Assembly: GCA_019695265.1 (NCBI GenBank)
Contig: JAIBAJ010000001.1
Span: 34,347-98,346 of the forward strand
DNA length: 64,000 bases
Direction: 5' to 3'
DNA from: Bacteroidia bacterium
GTDB lineage: Bacteria > Bacteroidota > Bacteroidia > JAIBAJ01
The notes beneath the pieces were generated by a model, which saw only the letters and a program-made list of their open reading frames with translations, did no database searches and was not told the DNA's origin. Every line of letters begins with the position of its first letter. The first letter of the stretch is position 1. Shown here in pieces: positions 19,585-29,638 of this stretch. A program made the translations under genes and the position numbers.

Positions 19585-19617
19585 AAATAAATGTTAATAT
19601 ATCATCTTTTATATATT
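19567..19617. promoter_or_regulatory. Candidate TetR operator palindromes in the tetR / efflux-operon divergent intergenic region
   Basis: TGATAG-TATTG-CTATCA (19567-19583) overlaps the efflux gene start codon. AATATAT-N8-ATATATT lies at 19596-19617. Confidence 0.35.
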
Positions 19618-19657
19618 CACTACTATTTTCTTTTAATTTTGCTGCGTTTTCAGAACC

Positions 19658-20329
19658 ATGGAATTAGAATTGAAGGTTAGAATGAACGACAAGCTATTTG
19701 TTCGTGATCCGGAGTCTACCGAATTAGGCAGAAGGATTGTGCGCCAAGGTTTGCTTTTAATTCAGGAAATAGGTTTTGAGCAATTTACCTTTAAGAAACT
19801 GGCAACCATAATCAAAACTACGGAGGCCGGCATTTACAGGTATTTTGAAAACAAACATAAGCTTTTGGTGTATCTGGTGGATTGGTATTGGACAGTACTT
19901 CGGTATCAGATCAGGGTAAGACTAAACAACCTGGACAATGCGGAAAAGAAGTTGAAATTAGTCATTCAACTGCTGGTTGATTGGGGCACAGAACCGCTAA
20001 TGGAAGACCCTATACAAAGAGGCTTGTATCATATTGCAATTTCAGAAGGAAATAAAACATATTTAACCAAGGATGTTGGATTGGACAACGGCAATCAGTT
20101 TTTCAAACCCTATAAAGACTTGTGTAAGGACATTTCGGAGATCATGCTGGAGCTCAAACCCAACTTTCCATTTGCCTTATCCTTATCCAGCACCTTGGTT
20201 GAAACTTCTCACCTCCAGAATTACTTCATGGAGAACCTACCCTCCCTCACTGATTTTGGAAAACAAAGCGATAAAACACCATTGATCCGTTATTTGGAAC
20301 ATTTGGTGTTTTCTGCTTTATTGAATTAA
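19658..20329 (+). CDS. TetR/AcrR family transcriptional regulator
   Basis: N-terminal HTH RRIVRQGLLLIQEIGFEQFTFKKLATIIKTTEAGIYRYFENKHKLL is the TetR_N signature. It is divergent from the efflux operon. Confidence 0.8.
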   Translation: MELELKVRMNDKLFVRDPESTELGRRIVRQGLLLIQEIGFEQFTFKKLATIIKTTEAGIYRYFENKHKLLVYLVDWYWTVLRYQIRVRLNNLDNAEKKLKLVIQLLVDWGTEPLMEDPIQRGLYHIAISEGNKTYLTKDVGLDNGNQFFKPYKDLCKDISEIMLELKPNFPFALSLSSTLVETSHLQNYFMENLPSLTDFGKQSDKTPLIRYLEHLVFSALLN

Positions 20330-20373
20330 GTAAGTTTGAGGCAATAACTAGCCTTTTCTTGGGTTTGCCAACC

Positions 20374-21717
20374 ATGAAATTATCACTTCAACCTTTTATT
20401 ATATGCCTGGCCATTCAACTGTTGGCATGCATAACACCGAAAGCACAGACAATATCGGCAGAAGGGTTGAAATCTGATTTTCAGCATTTGAGACAACAAT
20501 TAGAGAAAACCCATCCCGGATTGTATTTGTACACCTCCAGGGAAAGATTGGATTTTGTTTTTGACAGCTTGATGAATTCCTTCAATCAGTCACTCACCGA
20601 TCAGCAGTTTTATTCCACTATTTGTGTTTTGCAGCAAGAAATAAAGGATGGTCACACCCTTTTTCTACCCGAAATAAAAGAAAGCAATGTATACCTTCCC
20701 TTTCATTTTGCATTTCAAAACAATCAACTTTATATCACCAGGAACGACAATAAGGCAATTACTATATCAACACCTGCTTTGGTCAAATCCATTAACGGAG
20801 TTCCCACCCAACAAATAATCCAGGAAATGCGAAAAAGATTAAGCAGAGATGGAAACAGTTTTGCTTATGCCGATTGGGTTATTCATACCTACTTTCGAAT
20901 GTATTATCAGTTCTTTTTTGGTTCTCAACCCCAGTTTGAAGTAGAACTTGAAACCAACAAGGTTCCATCCAAAATCCTTTGCCAGGGATTGAGCATGCAA
21001 CAAATCAGCACCATTCGGCAATGCGGACCGGAAAAACAACAAGAGAAAGGAATTGAAATGAACTTTTGGCCTAAGAAAGGGTATGCCTATTTAAAAATTA
21101 AGGATTTCCATTCCTCCAATTATCGCTCCACCTACCACCAACATTTTAAGAAAGAAGTCAAACAATTTTTCGATTCCGTCCGACTTCAAAGATTGGACAA
21201 TGTGATTTTGGATTTACGCGACAACCAAGGTGGAGATATAAAAAACGGGGTTGAATTACTCTCCTATCTGATGACCACACCCTTTGAAATGGTTTGTAGT
21301 TACCGGAAAAAGAACTGGGGAAAGACTATTGGCCCACAGATGGGATATCACCAACCCAAAAAAAACGCCTTTCGAGGACAAGTAATAGTTTTGATTAATG
21401 GCGGAAGCTTTTCCAATTCAGTAATTGTTTCAAAAGCTATGAAAAGAGCCAACCGCGCCACTTTTATTGGGTCCGAAAGCGGAGGAAATCCATACGTATT
21501 TTCAGGATTTGCAAAAACCATTGTTTTACCTCATTCCAAAATTCAGGTTGAAATCCCAACCACGGTATTGGTATTGGACCAAAAATCCATGGATCAAACC
21601 TCCTTTACAAACGACCTTTTGGACTATCCTTGCCTTCAGGATGTGCAAACGCCAGTTTCGGATTTAGATCCTTGCATGGAAAAAGCCATTCAATTGGCAA
21701 AAGAAAAAACCAAGTAG
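20374..21717 (+). CDS. Secreted S41-family (tail-specific/C-terminal processing) peptidase-like protein
   Basis: Signal peptide, LDLRDNQGGD motif and INGGSFSNS...SKAMK resemble the S41 core, although the usual catalytic Ser motif is diverged. Confidence 0.5.
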   Translation: MKLSLQPFIICLAIQLLACITPKAQTISAEGLKSDFQHLRQQLEKTHPGLYLYTSRERLDFVFDSLMNSFNQSLTDQQFYSTICVLQQEIKDGHTLFLPEIKESNVYLPFHFAFQNNQLYITRNDNKAITISTPALVKSINGVPTQQIIQEMRKRLSRDGNSFAYADWVIHTYFRMYYQFFFGSQPQFEVELETNKVPSKILCQGLSMQQISTIRQCGPEKQQEKGIEMNFWPKKGYAYLKIKDFHSSNYRSTYHQHFKKEVKQFFDSVRLQRLDNVILDLRDNQGGDIKNGVELLSYLMTTPFEMVCSYRKKNWGKTIGPQMGYHQPKKNAFRGQVIVLINGGSFSNSVIVSKAMKRANRATFIGSESGGNPYVFSGFAKTIVLPHSKIQVEIPTTVLVLDQKSMDQTSFTNDLLDYPCLQDVQTPVSDLDPCMEKAIQLAKEKTK

Positions 21718-21795
21718 ACCATTGGCGCTCAAAAGAGTATGCTTAAATTTTGCAGACAAACCTTAGAAAAGTAAAAACCTTAATTTTGGCCGGCA

Positions 21796-22944
21796 ATGGA
21801 ACCTGAATTTGATGTGGTAGTTGTGGGAGGCGGTCCGGCAGGATGTGCAACAGTTTTGGGTCTTCATGGGAAAGGCTTCAAAGTGGCCTTGGTTGACAAG
21901 TTCAGCTTCCCTCGTGACAAGGTTTGTGGCGACGCCATTCCCGGTCCAAGTTTCCAAGCCTTGGATTTAATCAACCCGGATTGGGGCAAAAAAGTAAGAG
22001 AATTAAGCAATAGCACAGCAGTTCAATCATCCAGTGCCGTTTTTCCATTTCAAACCACCTTCAGGTATGAATGGAAGTTGTTTGCCTACAATTGCAAACG
22101 ATTGGTCTTTGACGACTTTATTTTTCAGTTAGTTAAGAAGGAAACCCAAACCCAAATATTTGAAAACACCTCCATAAGTTCCATTGTTGAGGAAGAAAAT
22201 CATTTGGTTTTAACCGATAAAAATGGAAATCGAATTACCACTCGATGTGTGGTAGGAAGTGATGGGGCAAAATCGGTTGTTAAGCGCTGTTTACAAAAGG
22301 AGTTGAACGAAAAAGCCGGGGTATTTGCAGCAGTCAGAGCTTATTATACCGGGATTACAGGTTGCAAGGAAGGTGAAAATGAATTTCATTATATACCCGG
22401 TGTGGATGGGTATTTTTGGATATTTCCATTACCGCAAGGTTGGTATAATGTAGGCTTTGGATTATTAAATAAGAAAGGAAAATCAGCAGAAAGTCCAATC
22501 AATGTGAGGAAAAAACTGGAAGAAATTATTCAATTACCTACATTTAAAGAACGATTTGCAAAGGCGGAAATTCAAGGAGCAGTAAACGGACATGGTTTGC
22601 CCTTATGGACTAAGAAACAATCCATTTCAGGCAATCGCTTTCTGTTGACCGGTGATGCTGCCAATTTAATTGACCCCCTTCAAGGACATGGCATTGACAA
22701 AGCGATTTGGAGTGGATATTTTGCTTCCAAACATATTCAAAAGTGCATGGAATTGAATAGATTTGATAGTGCATTTATGCAGAATTATGACCATAAAATC
22801 AACCAAACTCTGGGTAAGGAACTCAGACGCAATTACTTTTTTTATTGGATTTTAATTCATTTCCCGGTTCTGTTCAAACTAATTTCATGGCTCAAACCAC
22901 CACAATGGGTAGTGAATTGGTTCATTAGGTTTTTCAAAATTTAA
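21796..22944 (+). CDS. FAD-dependent oxidoreductase, geranylgeranyl-reductase family
   Basis: FDVVVVGGGPAGCATVLGL (GxGxxG), CGDAIP and the C-terminal GDAANLIDPLQGHGIDKA motif are typical of the GG-reductase/FixC family. Confidence 0.7.
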   Translation: MEPEFDVVVVGGGPAGCATVLGLHGKGFKVALVDKFSFPRDKVCGDAIPGPSFQALDLINPDWGKKVRELSNSTAVQSSSAVFPFQTTFRYEWKLFAYNCKRLVFDDFIFQLVKKETQTQIFENTSISSIVEEENHLVLTDKNGNRITTRCVVGSDGAKSVVKRCLQKELNEKAGVFAAVRAYYTGITGCKEGENEFHYIPGVDGYFWIFPLPQGWYNVGFGLLNKKGKSAESPINVRKKLEEIIQLPTFKERFAKAEIQGAVNGHGLPLWTKKQSISGNRFLLTGDAANLIDPLQGHGIDKAIWSGYFASKHIQKCMELNRFDSAFMQNYDHKINQTLGKELRRNYFFYWILIHFPVLFKLISWLKPPQWVVNWFIRFFKI

Positions 22945-23007
22945 TTCTACCTAAAGATTGCCAAAAAGTCAAATGACGAATCGGCTAGATTTTAAAATAC
23001 GTTTTAT

Positions 23008-23160
23008 GCGGGCCCCCTCCGCCTTACCCTAACTTTGCTAAACCCCAAAATGCTTGCATGGGCGTTCGGGTCACGCTTTCGGCTGTAGTCCAAGCCCACT
23101 CCGCTAAACGCTGCGTTGGCTTGGAGCTACTTGCCTCTATCGTTGCCCGATGCGAAACCT
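23008..23160 (+). repeat. Family-1a repeat, copy C
   Basis: GCGGGCCCCCTCCGCC...GGCGTTCGGGTCACGCTTTCGGCTGTAGTCCAAGCCCACTCCGCTAAACGCTGCGTTGGCTTGGAGCTACTTGCCTCTATCGTTGCCCG. The central stem shows compensatory substitutions relative to the other copies. Confidence 0.85.
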
Positions 23161-23460
23161 CAACCGGTAGTTTCTAACCCAACTTGTCTTTGTAACACCA
23201 ATGTTATTTAAACCCAAAATTCTGCATTAGAAATCGTGATGAGGCTTTCAAATACAACAAAGACAGGGGCTTCAAGGTAATTTTTGGGTAAAGAAATAGT
23301 GAACTATTTTGAAAATCACAGTGGTAACTGCCGATGCAAACACTGTTTAGGCAATATATTTCAAAGTATCCATGCACTAATCCGGATTTACAAACAGTTC
23401 AAGTGCCTAAAAGAGCAAAGAGTCGCTAGGCTTAATTTAATCCCGGAAGCAAACTTCCCA

Positions 23461-23492
23461 AAAAAAGCCCCGGATTATCCGAGGCTTTTTTG
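23461..23492 (-). terminator. Rho-independent terminator downstream of the TonB-dependent receptor gene
   Basis: AAAAAAAGCCCCGGATTATCCGAGGCTTTTTTGG is a GC stem flanked by A-run and T-run, 62-93 bp 3' of the receptor stop at 23554. It could act bidirectionally. Confidence 0.65.
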
Positions 23493-23553
23493 GAGTACTT
23501 TCTTTCTAAAATCAATCCATTCATTTTTGGAATTCGATTGATGGAACAATCGG

Positions 23554-26367
23554 CTATAAATCCGGGATATCGAACGTCCATTGTGCGTAGAACATTCTTC
23601 CAATGTAAGGACCACCATAAATTTCTTTGTGAAGGTTGTTTAGGATATTGGAAGCGCCCAAACGAATGGTAGAAAAGTATTTTGGAAACTCATAATTCAC
23701 TTGAACATCAACTAAATTATAGGCGGCAACTTGTCCATCGCCAAATGAAGATTGCCACAAATAAGTATCAACCCATTGCCAATTCACGCCAAAGCCAAAG
23801 TTCTTAATCACCTTTCTTCCTTTAATTCCTGCATTTACTTTATGTTTAGCGGTATTAAAACCAGGCAAAATTGGATCGGTTAATTTGCTATCGTCCAAAC
23901 TTGCAAAGGTATAGTTGGCTGAAAACACATATTTATTAGTAAGGTAGTAAGCCAAACCAATAGAACCGCCGTAGGTCATCACATCTTGGTCGGCATTCAC
24001 AGCGATTTGGTATACCTGATAAGTTTTATTTGCTGAAGTATTGGTTAAAATGGCATCAACACCGCTTTCTTCTCCGGCAACTGCTCCATGCAAAGGCTCA
24101 ACCACTCGAATATTTCCGATAAATCCTCTGTATCGACTAACGTAACCGCTCAAATCAACATACAATCGTTTAAACCAAATTCCTCGGTATCCGGCTTCCA
24201 CTGTTTGAATTTGTTCAGGACGCAAAGGTTTCAACTGTATTGGTTGAAGCAAACTTGGCTGAATGGAGCCTATATAGTTTCCATTGGCATCGGTAGAATC
24301 GTATTGAGCTTGAAATGCTTTCACCGATTCAAGGGTATAGAGGTTGTTATATCCATTCAAATTCCCCGGCAAATAGATAGGACCCAAATCCAAACCTATG
24401 TATTGATTTTGGAGGGTTGGCATCCGGAAAGCTTGTTGTGCACTAACTCGGAAAACATGACCGGATTTGGTAGTCCACATAATGGCAAACCTTGGAGAAA
24501 ACTGCGGTTTAAAATTGGTATTTTTATCTACCCTTCCGGAAGCCATTAATTTCAATTTCTTATCAAAAAAGCTCTTACTTAATTGTAAAAATGCCCCATA
24601 TTCATAGTTATTTATCCGGGTAAATTTGGCTTTGGTATCCGGAGCTCCATCAGGTAAGGTATCGGCCGAATTAATTAAAGTATCAGTAAAAATGGTACCG
24701 TAGCTTTGGGGTCCATAGCGTCTGAAGGAACCGCCTACCATAGCTTCCATAAAATTAATTGGAAGGCTGTATTGCAAATCAAGGTGTTGGATGGAAGAAT
24801 TATCAATGAATTTGGAGCCTTTTTGCAAATTGCCGCTGCTAACAATGGAATTTCTTAAGGTTTCGAATTCGGAGGTTCCGGGTTGGTAGAAAGCTTCTTG
24901 GTAAGCAACTTGGGTGGCATAAGCAGTAGCTTTCTCTACATCTTCCACACTGGCATTATCATCGAAATCGTTGGTTAGAGGGCGCAAGGTATCAACATAA
25001 GCAGAGATATACTTAGACACCCAACGTTTGATTCCTTCTTTTGATAAATTTATTCCGGTAAAAACGATATCGTAGGAATCTCCTGCATTTTCGAAAGTGG
25101 TATAAGCTCTTACCAGTAAGCGTTTACTTTGAAATTCGATCTTATGTTGTTGGAAAAGAATGTTATTAATGCTGTAACGGTTTGTACCTTGATAAATCGC
25201 TGTTCCATTACCTAGCTTATAATCATAACTCAGTATCATATCAGGCTTAATTTTATAGGATAAATTCACTCCTACCTTAATACTGTTCACATTGGTTTTT
25301 GCCAGATCGGTTTCCATATAGCCAGGGGTTCGAATTTCTCGTTGATTTAGGCCTTGATAAGTAACCGGATTAAAATTCAGGTAATTGTTCAATGCAATAA
25401 AATCCTGAACTTCCTGTGGGGTGTTATTGATGGTGTCGTATTGTTGCTTTTCGAGAATGGAAGCCAGGTTTTGGGTAACATTTAGTTTACCATATTTATT
25501 GACAGTGGTATCGGTAGCTCTCCAGTCGTCTGCTCTCATGAAGGAACCGGTTACTTTAAATGCAAATTTTTTGTTTTTGCCAATAACCTTTGCATATCTG
25601 AATTGACCTTCAGCCATGTTTCTGCTTCCACCTTTTAGTTGTAGAGAAAGCCCTTGGTAATCGAATGGGCTTTTAGTTTTCATACTCACTACTCCTTGCA
25701 TTGCATTAGGGCCATATAGTGCTGATGCCGGACCTGTGATTACCTCTACACTTTGCAAATCGAGGTCATTAGCACCAACCAGGTTACCGATTGCGAAATT
25801 TAAGCCTGGAGCCTGGTTATCCATACCATCCACCATTTGAACCACCCTAACCGGTGCAGAAGTATTAAATCCGCGCATATTAATTGCCTTAAATCCCATG
25901 GATGATGTAGCTATATCAACTCCCTGAATATTGGAAAGTCCTTGGTAGAAATCGCCTGAAGTTACCTCCTTAATTTCCTTTTCGTTCATTTTATGAATCG
26001 ATACCGGAGCCTGAAGGATGGTTTCACTTAACCTGGAAGAAGTTACCACCACCTCTTTGCCTGGAATAATAGCCATTTCCATCTCAATGGTAAGTGCTTT
26101 ACCCGGTCCGGAAACCGGTACTTCAAGTTTCTCATATCCAATATAAGAAACTTGCAAAACCACAGGTTTGGAAAAATCCAATTCCAAAGCAAAAGAACCA
26201 TTAGCTTCGGTAGTGGTGCCTATTGCAGCACCTTTGACCAGGATAGTCGCTCCAATTAAGGGTTCTTTCGTTTTTTTATCGGTAACATAACCGGTAACCT
26301 TGCCTTTTTGTGCAAATGCAAAAAGGGTAATAAAGCCAAAAATAAGGCTAAGTAGAAGTTTTCTCAT
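23554..26367 (-). CDS. TonB-dependent receptor with N-terminal carboxypeptidase-regulatory-like domain
   Basis: 937 aa. Signal peptide, then a CarbopepD_reg-like region (KGKVTGYVTDKKTKEPLIGATILVKG), a plug domain and a long beta-barrel region. Confidence 0.8.
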   Translation of the reverse strand: MRKLLLSLIFGFITLFAFAQKGKVTGYVTDKKTKEPLIGATILVKGAAIGTTTEANGSFALELDFSKPVVLQVSYIGYEKLEVPVSGPGKALTIEMEMAIIPGKEVVVTSSRLSETILQAPVSIHKMNEKEIKEVTSGDFYQGLSNIQGVDIATSSMGFKAINMRGFNTSAPVRVVQMVDGMDNQAPGLNFAIGNLVGANDLDLQSVEVITGPASALYGPNAMQGVVSMKTKSPFDYQGLSLQLKGGSRNMAEGQFRYAKVIGKNKKFAFKVTGSFMRADDWRATDTTVNKYGKLNVTQNLASILEKQQYDTINNTPQEVQDFIALNNYLNFNPVTYQGLNQREIRTPGYMETDLAKTNVNSIKVGVNLSYKIKPDMILSYDYKLGNGTAIYQGTNRYSINNILFQQHKIEFQSKRLLVRAYTTFENAGDSYDIVFTGINLSKEGIKRWVSKYISAYVDTLRPLTNDFDDNASVEDVEKATAYATQVAYQEAFYQPGTSEFETLRNSIVSSGNLQKGSKFIDNSSIQHLDLQYSLPINFMEAMVGGSFRRYGPQSYGTIFTDTLINSADTLPDGAPDTKAKFTRINNYEYGAFLQLSKSFFDKKLKLMASGRVDKNTNFKPQFSPRFAIMWTTKSGHVFRVSAQQAFRMPTLQNQYIGLDLGPIYLPGNLNGYNNLYTLESVKAFQAQYDSTDANGNYIGSIQPSLLQPIQLKPLRPEQIQTVEAGYRGIWFKRLYVDLSGYVSRYRGFIGNIRVVEPLHGAVAGEESGVDAILTNTSANKTYQVYQIAVNADQDVMTYGGSIGLAYYLTNKYVFSANYTFASLDDSKLTDPILPGFNTAKHKVNAGIKGRKVIKNFGFGVNWQWVDTYLWQSSFGDGQVAAYNLVDVQVNYEFPKYFSTIRLGASNILNNLHKEIYGGPYIGRMFYAQWTFDIPDL

Positions 26368-26533
26368 TGGGCAGGTAAGCGATTTTTAGGTTTTTTTAAG
26401 ATAAACGCCGCTAAGCTATAAATTTTTTAATACGTTCTTACGAATTTGATAAAACGCAGTAAACATTCTTCATTTTAAAAAAAGACTTTCCAATACAAAT
26501 ACTTCCTTCCATCTTTGTACTCCAAATTTACAC

Positions 26534-27625
26534 ATGAATCCAACCAGAATCATACTAAGTGGAGGAGGAACAGGAGGACATATTTTTCCTGCGATTGCCA
26601 TCGCCAACGCATTAAAATCGATTGATCCAAAGTGTGAAATTCTATTTGTAGGTGCGAATGGCCGCATGGAAATGGAGAAGGTTCCGGCGGCAGGCTACCC
26701 GATTAAAGGCTTGAACATTGCCGGCCTTCAACGATCGTTAAGCCTTTCAAATCTTAGTTTTCCTTTCAAGGTGATTGGAAGTTTACTGGATGCGAGAAAA
26801 ATAATTCAGGAATTTAATCCGGATGTGGCGGTAGGAGTTGGAGGTTATGCCAGTGGACCTTTGTTATTTATGGCATCCATTATGGGAATACCTACCTTGA
26901 TTCAGGAACAAAATTCCTTTGCAGGCATAACCAACAAAATTTTAGGTAAAAAGGCCCACCGTATTTGTGTCGCATACGAAGGGATGGAAAAATTCTTTCC
27001 AAAAGACCGAATACTACTTACAGGAAATCCGGTAAGAAAGGACATATTGGATTTAACAGGAAAGCGAGAATTGGCAATTTCAAAATTTGGTTTGGATCCT
27101 AATAAACCCATTTTACTTTCCATTGGAGGTAGTTTAGGTGCCAGAACCATTAATGAAAGTTTATTTGCCGGGAGTAAACAGCTTGAAGAATCGGGAATTC
27201 AGGTTTTGTGGCAAACCGGAAAAACCTATTTTTCCAAGGCAAAAGAAAAACAAAGCGAATACATTCAGGTTTATGAATTTATTAAGGAAATGGATTTGGT
27301 TTATGCTGCAGCAGATGTTGTTATTTCCAGGGCAGGAGCCAGCAGTATCTCAGAGCTTTGCTTGGTTGCAAAGCCCTGCATTTTAGTCCCCTCGCCCAAT
27401 GTTTCAGAGGATCATCAAACCAAAAACGCCATGGCTTTGGTAAACAAACAGGCAGCCCTTTTGGTAAAAGATACCGAAGCGGGTGAAAAACTAACCAAGT
27501 TGGCTATTGATTTAATTTCTAACAAAGAAAAACAAAAACAATTGCAACTGGAAATAGCCAAATTGGGATTACCCGACAGTGCTAATCAAATTGCCAAAGA
27601 GGTTTTGAATTTAGTTGCAAAATAA
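26534..27625 (+). CDS. murG: MurG-type GT28 glycosyltransferase (UDP-GlcNAc:lipid I GlcNAc transferase)
   Basis: ILSGGGTGGHIFPAIAIANAL N-terminal G-loop, GGSLGARTIN, AADVVISRAGASSISEL. The full-length protein (363 aa) fits the GT28 fold. The gene is not in a dcw cluster here. Confidence 0.7.
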   Translation: MNPTRIILSGGGTGGHIFPAIAIANALKSIDPKCEILFVGANGRMEMEKVPAAGYPIKGLNIAGLQRSLSLSNLSFPFKVIGSLLDARKIIQEFNPDVAVGVGGYASGPLLFMASIMGIPTLIQEQNSFAGITNKILGKKAHRICVAYEGMEKFFPKDRILLTGNPVRKDILDLTGKRELAISKFGLDPNKPILLSIGGSLGARTINESLFAGSKQLEESGIQVLWQTGKTYFSKAKEKQSEYIQVYEFIKEMDLVYAAADVVISRAGASSISELCLVAKPCILVPSPNVSEDHQTKNAMALVNKQAALLVKDTEAGEKLTKLAIDLISNKEKQKQLQLEIAKLGLPDSANQIAKEVLNLVAK

Positions 27626-27626
27626 G

Positions 27627-28277
27627 CTATTGAAAGGCATTCTCCAGGTAGCTGACTTCTTCGTCTGTAACGGTATCGACAAATTCATTAAAAACATCTG
27701 CCTTTACAATTTTGGTAGCCCGGTAACCTTCTTCAACAAAATCATACAATGGTTGTACCCCAAAAATTACTGCAAATCCTTTTGCAGCCTTTAACAACAT
27801 ATCGTTAAACGGGCGATGCGCCAATTGATAGGAAACAATCATGCATTTAACCGACATACGAAGTTGTTGCCTTCTATCATCTTCCCGACCGAACTCTTTG
27901 TATAGTTCTTGAAAGGCCTCTTGGCTTATTTTTTCACCTTCTTTCCAACCTTTCTCTAACAATAGTTTTGCCATTCCCCGATCCAAATCATGGGTCATTT
28001 GATTAAGATCAATCAGATTTTCCAAATTCTCCTGAGTATCGGCGGCTAACTGATTCTTAACCTTGTCATAAGTATTGATGGCAATTTGGATAATGGTATC
28101 TTGCGCCTCCAAGTCATAAATTTTTTCGAAAAAGAATTTAACTAACTTCTCCGTATCTGTTCGGCCGAAATAGGTTTTATAGGTTTGATGGAAACGTTCT
28201 ACCTGACAACGAACAATTTCTTCCTGGGCTTTCCTTAATAAAGGATTCTCCGCATTATCTTCTTTCTTTTTAGCCAT
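27627..28277 (-). CDS. Hypothetical protein
   Basis: 216 aa with coding-like composition and no signal peptide. No recognisable motifs. Confidence 0.5.
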   Translation of the reverse strand: MAKKKEDNAENPLLRKAQEEIVRCQVERFHQTYKTYFGRTDTEKLVKFFFEKIYDLEAQDTIIQIAINTYDKVKNQLAADTQENLENLIDLNQMTHDLDRGMAKLLLEKGWKEGEKISQEAFQELYKEFGREDDRRQQLRMSVKCMIVSYQLAHRPFNDMLLKAAKGFAVIFGVQPLYDFVEEGYRATKIVKADVFNEFVDTVTDEEVSYLENAFQ

Positions 28278-28425
28278 GAATGGAGCTTATCAAAATTGAT
28301 GCGAATTTAGATGCAGAATCGAGCCGGAAATGGAATTTTGGAAAAGTAAGGCTCATTGTTAAAAAATACCATGTTTTTATGTCTTTTTGGCGTGTCGTTT
28401 CTGCCAAGTGCTACCTTCGCAGCCC

Positions 28426-29574
28426 ATGGAAACAAAATTCTACAACGGTTTACGTATCGGATTTTTAGGAGGAGGTCAACTTGGAAGGATGGCTATTCAA
28501 GAAGCTATTTCCTTAAACACCTGGATTGGTGTTCTCGACCCGGACCCTGATGCCCCATGTAAATATATAGCTCATGAATTTCACCAAGGCTCTCTCCAGG
28601 ACTACCAAACCGTGCTTGAATTTGGCAGAAAATTTAACCTGGTTACCATCGAAATAGAGCATGTTAACACCCAGGCCTTATTTGATTTAGAGAAGGAAGG
28701 CATACAGGTTTTTCCTCAGCCTTCTATTTTAGAGATGGTTAAGGACAAAGGCCTGCAAAAGCAGTTTTACCTTGAAAATGGCATTCCAACATCAAGGTTT
28801 AAACTCATAGATGCAGATAAATCAATACATCAATATAATTGGAGTTATCCCTTTATTCAAAAATTAAGAAAAGGCGGATACGATGGCAAAGGTGTAACCA
28901 AAATTGAATCTGCAAAAGATTTAGGGTTTTCTGAAGCCAGTTTAATCGAAGAATGTATTGATTTTAAAAAGGAAATTGCAGTAATAGTGGCACGCAACCT
29001 CCAAGGTGAAATCAAGACCTTTCCGATGGTTGAAATGGAATTTGACCCAAAAGCCAATTTAGTTGAATTTTTGTATTGGCCCAGCGACGAAACACAAGAG
29101 ATTCAAAATAAAGCTGCGGAAATTGCCATTAACCTGGCTGCCAAAACCGGCATTGTTGGCTTACTTGCCGTAGAAATGTTTCTTACACGGGACGGGCAAA
29201 TCCTGGTTAACGAAATTGCACCCAGAACGCATAACAGCGGCCACCACACGATAGAAGCTGCCCGAACATCGCAATTTATGCAACACCTTAGAGCCTTGTT
29301 AAACCTGCCTTTGGGTAGTACCGATTTGGTTTATCCCGCAGCCATGATTAACCTCCTTGGCGAAGAAGGTCATACCGGATTGGTGGAATACCAAGGCCTG
29401 GAACAAGCACTTGCAATGCCCGGGGTGTATGTACATTTATACGGTAAAAACACCACCAAGCCTTTTCGGAAAATGGGTCATATCACCATTACCGGAACCA
29501 ATTTATCTGATGTAAAGGAAAAGGCCAAACTGGTAAAATCCATGGTAAAAGTAAGAAGCGTTAATAAAACATAA
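28426..29574 (+). CDS. purK: N5-carboxyaminoimidazole ribonucleotide synthase
   Basis: RIGFLGGGQLGRM N-terminus, ATP-grasp core (IQKLRKGGYDGKG, LAVEMF) and C-terminal PFRKMGHITITG are all PurK hallmarks. Start taken at ATG 28426. Confidence 0.88.
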   Translation: METKFYNGLRIGFLGGGQLGRMAIQEAISLNTWIGVLDPDPDAPCKYIAHEFHQGSLQDYQTVLEFGRKFNLVTIEIEHVNTQALFDLEKEGIQVFPQPSILEMVKDKGLQKQFYLENGIPTSRFKLIDADKSIHQYNWSYPFIQKLRKGGYDGKGVTKIESAKDLGFSEASLIEECIDFKKEIAVIVARNLQGEIKTFPMVEMEFDPKANLVEFLYWPSDETQEIQNKAAEIAINLAAKTGIVGLLAVEMFLTRDGQILVNEIAPRTHNSGHHTIEAARTSQFMQHLRALLNLPLGSTDLVYPAAMINLLGEEGHTGLVEYQGLEQALAMPGVYVHLYGKNTTKPFRKMGHITITGTNLSDVKEKAKLVKSMVKVRSVNKT

Positions 29575-29638
29575 TTTCGTCCAACTACCTTATCAGCCAA
29601 GGCTTTAACATCGGTCTGTTTTCTACTTTTGCGCCCCC

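Noticed and set aside
23284-23541. 85-aa ORF in the intergenic region downstream of repeat copy C
   Set aside because: It spans the rho-independent terminator hairpin of the TonB-dependent receptor gene, is Cys- and Lys-rich without pattern, and has no supporting start context.
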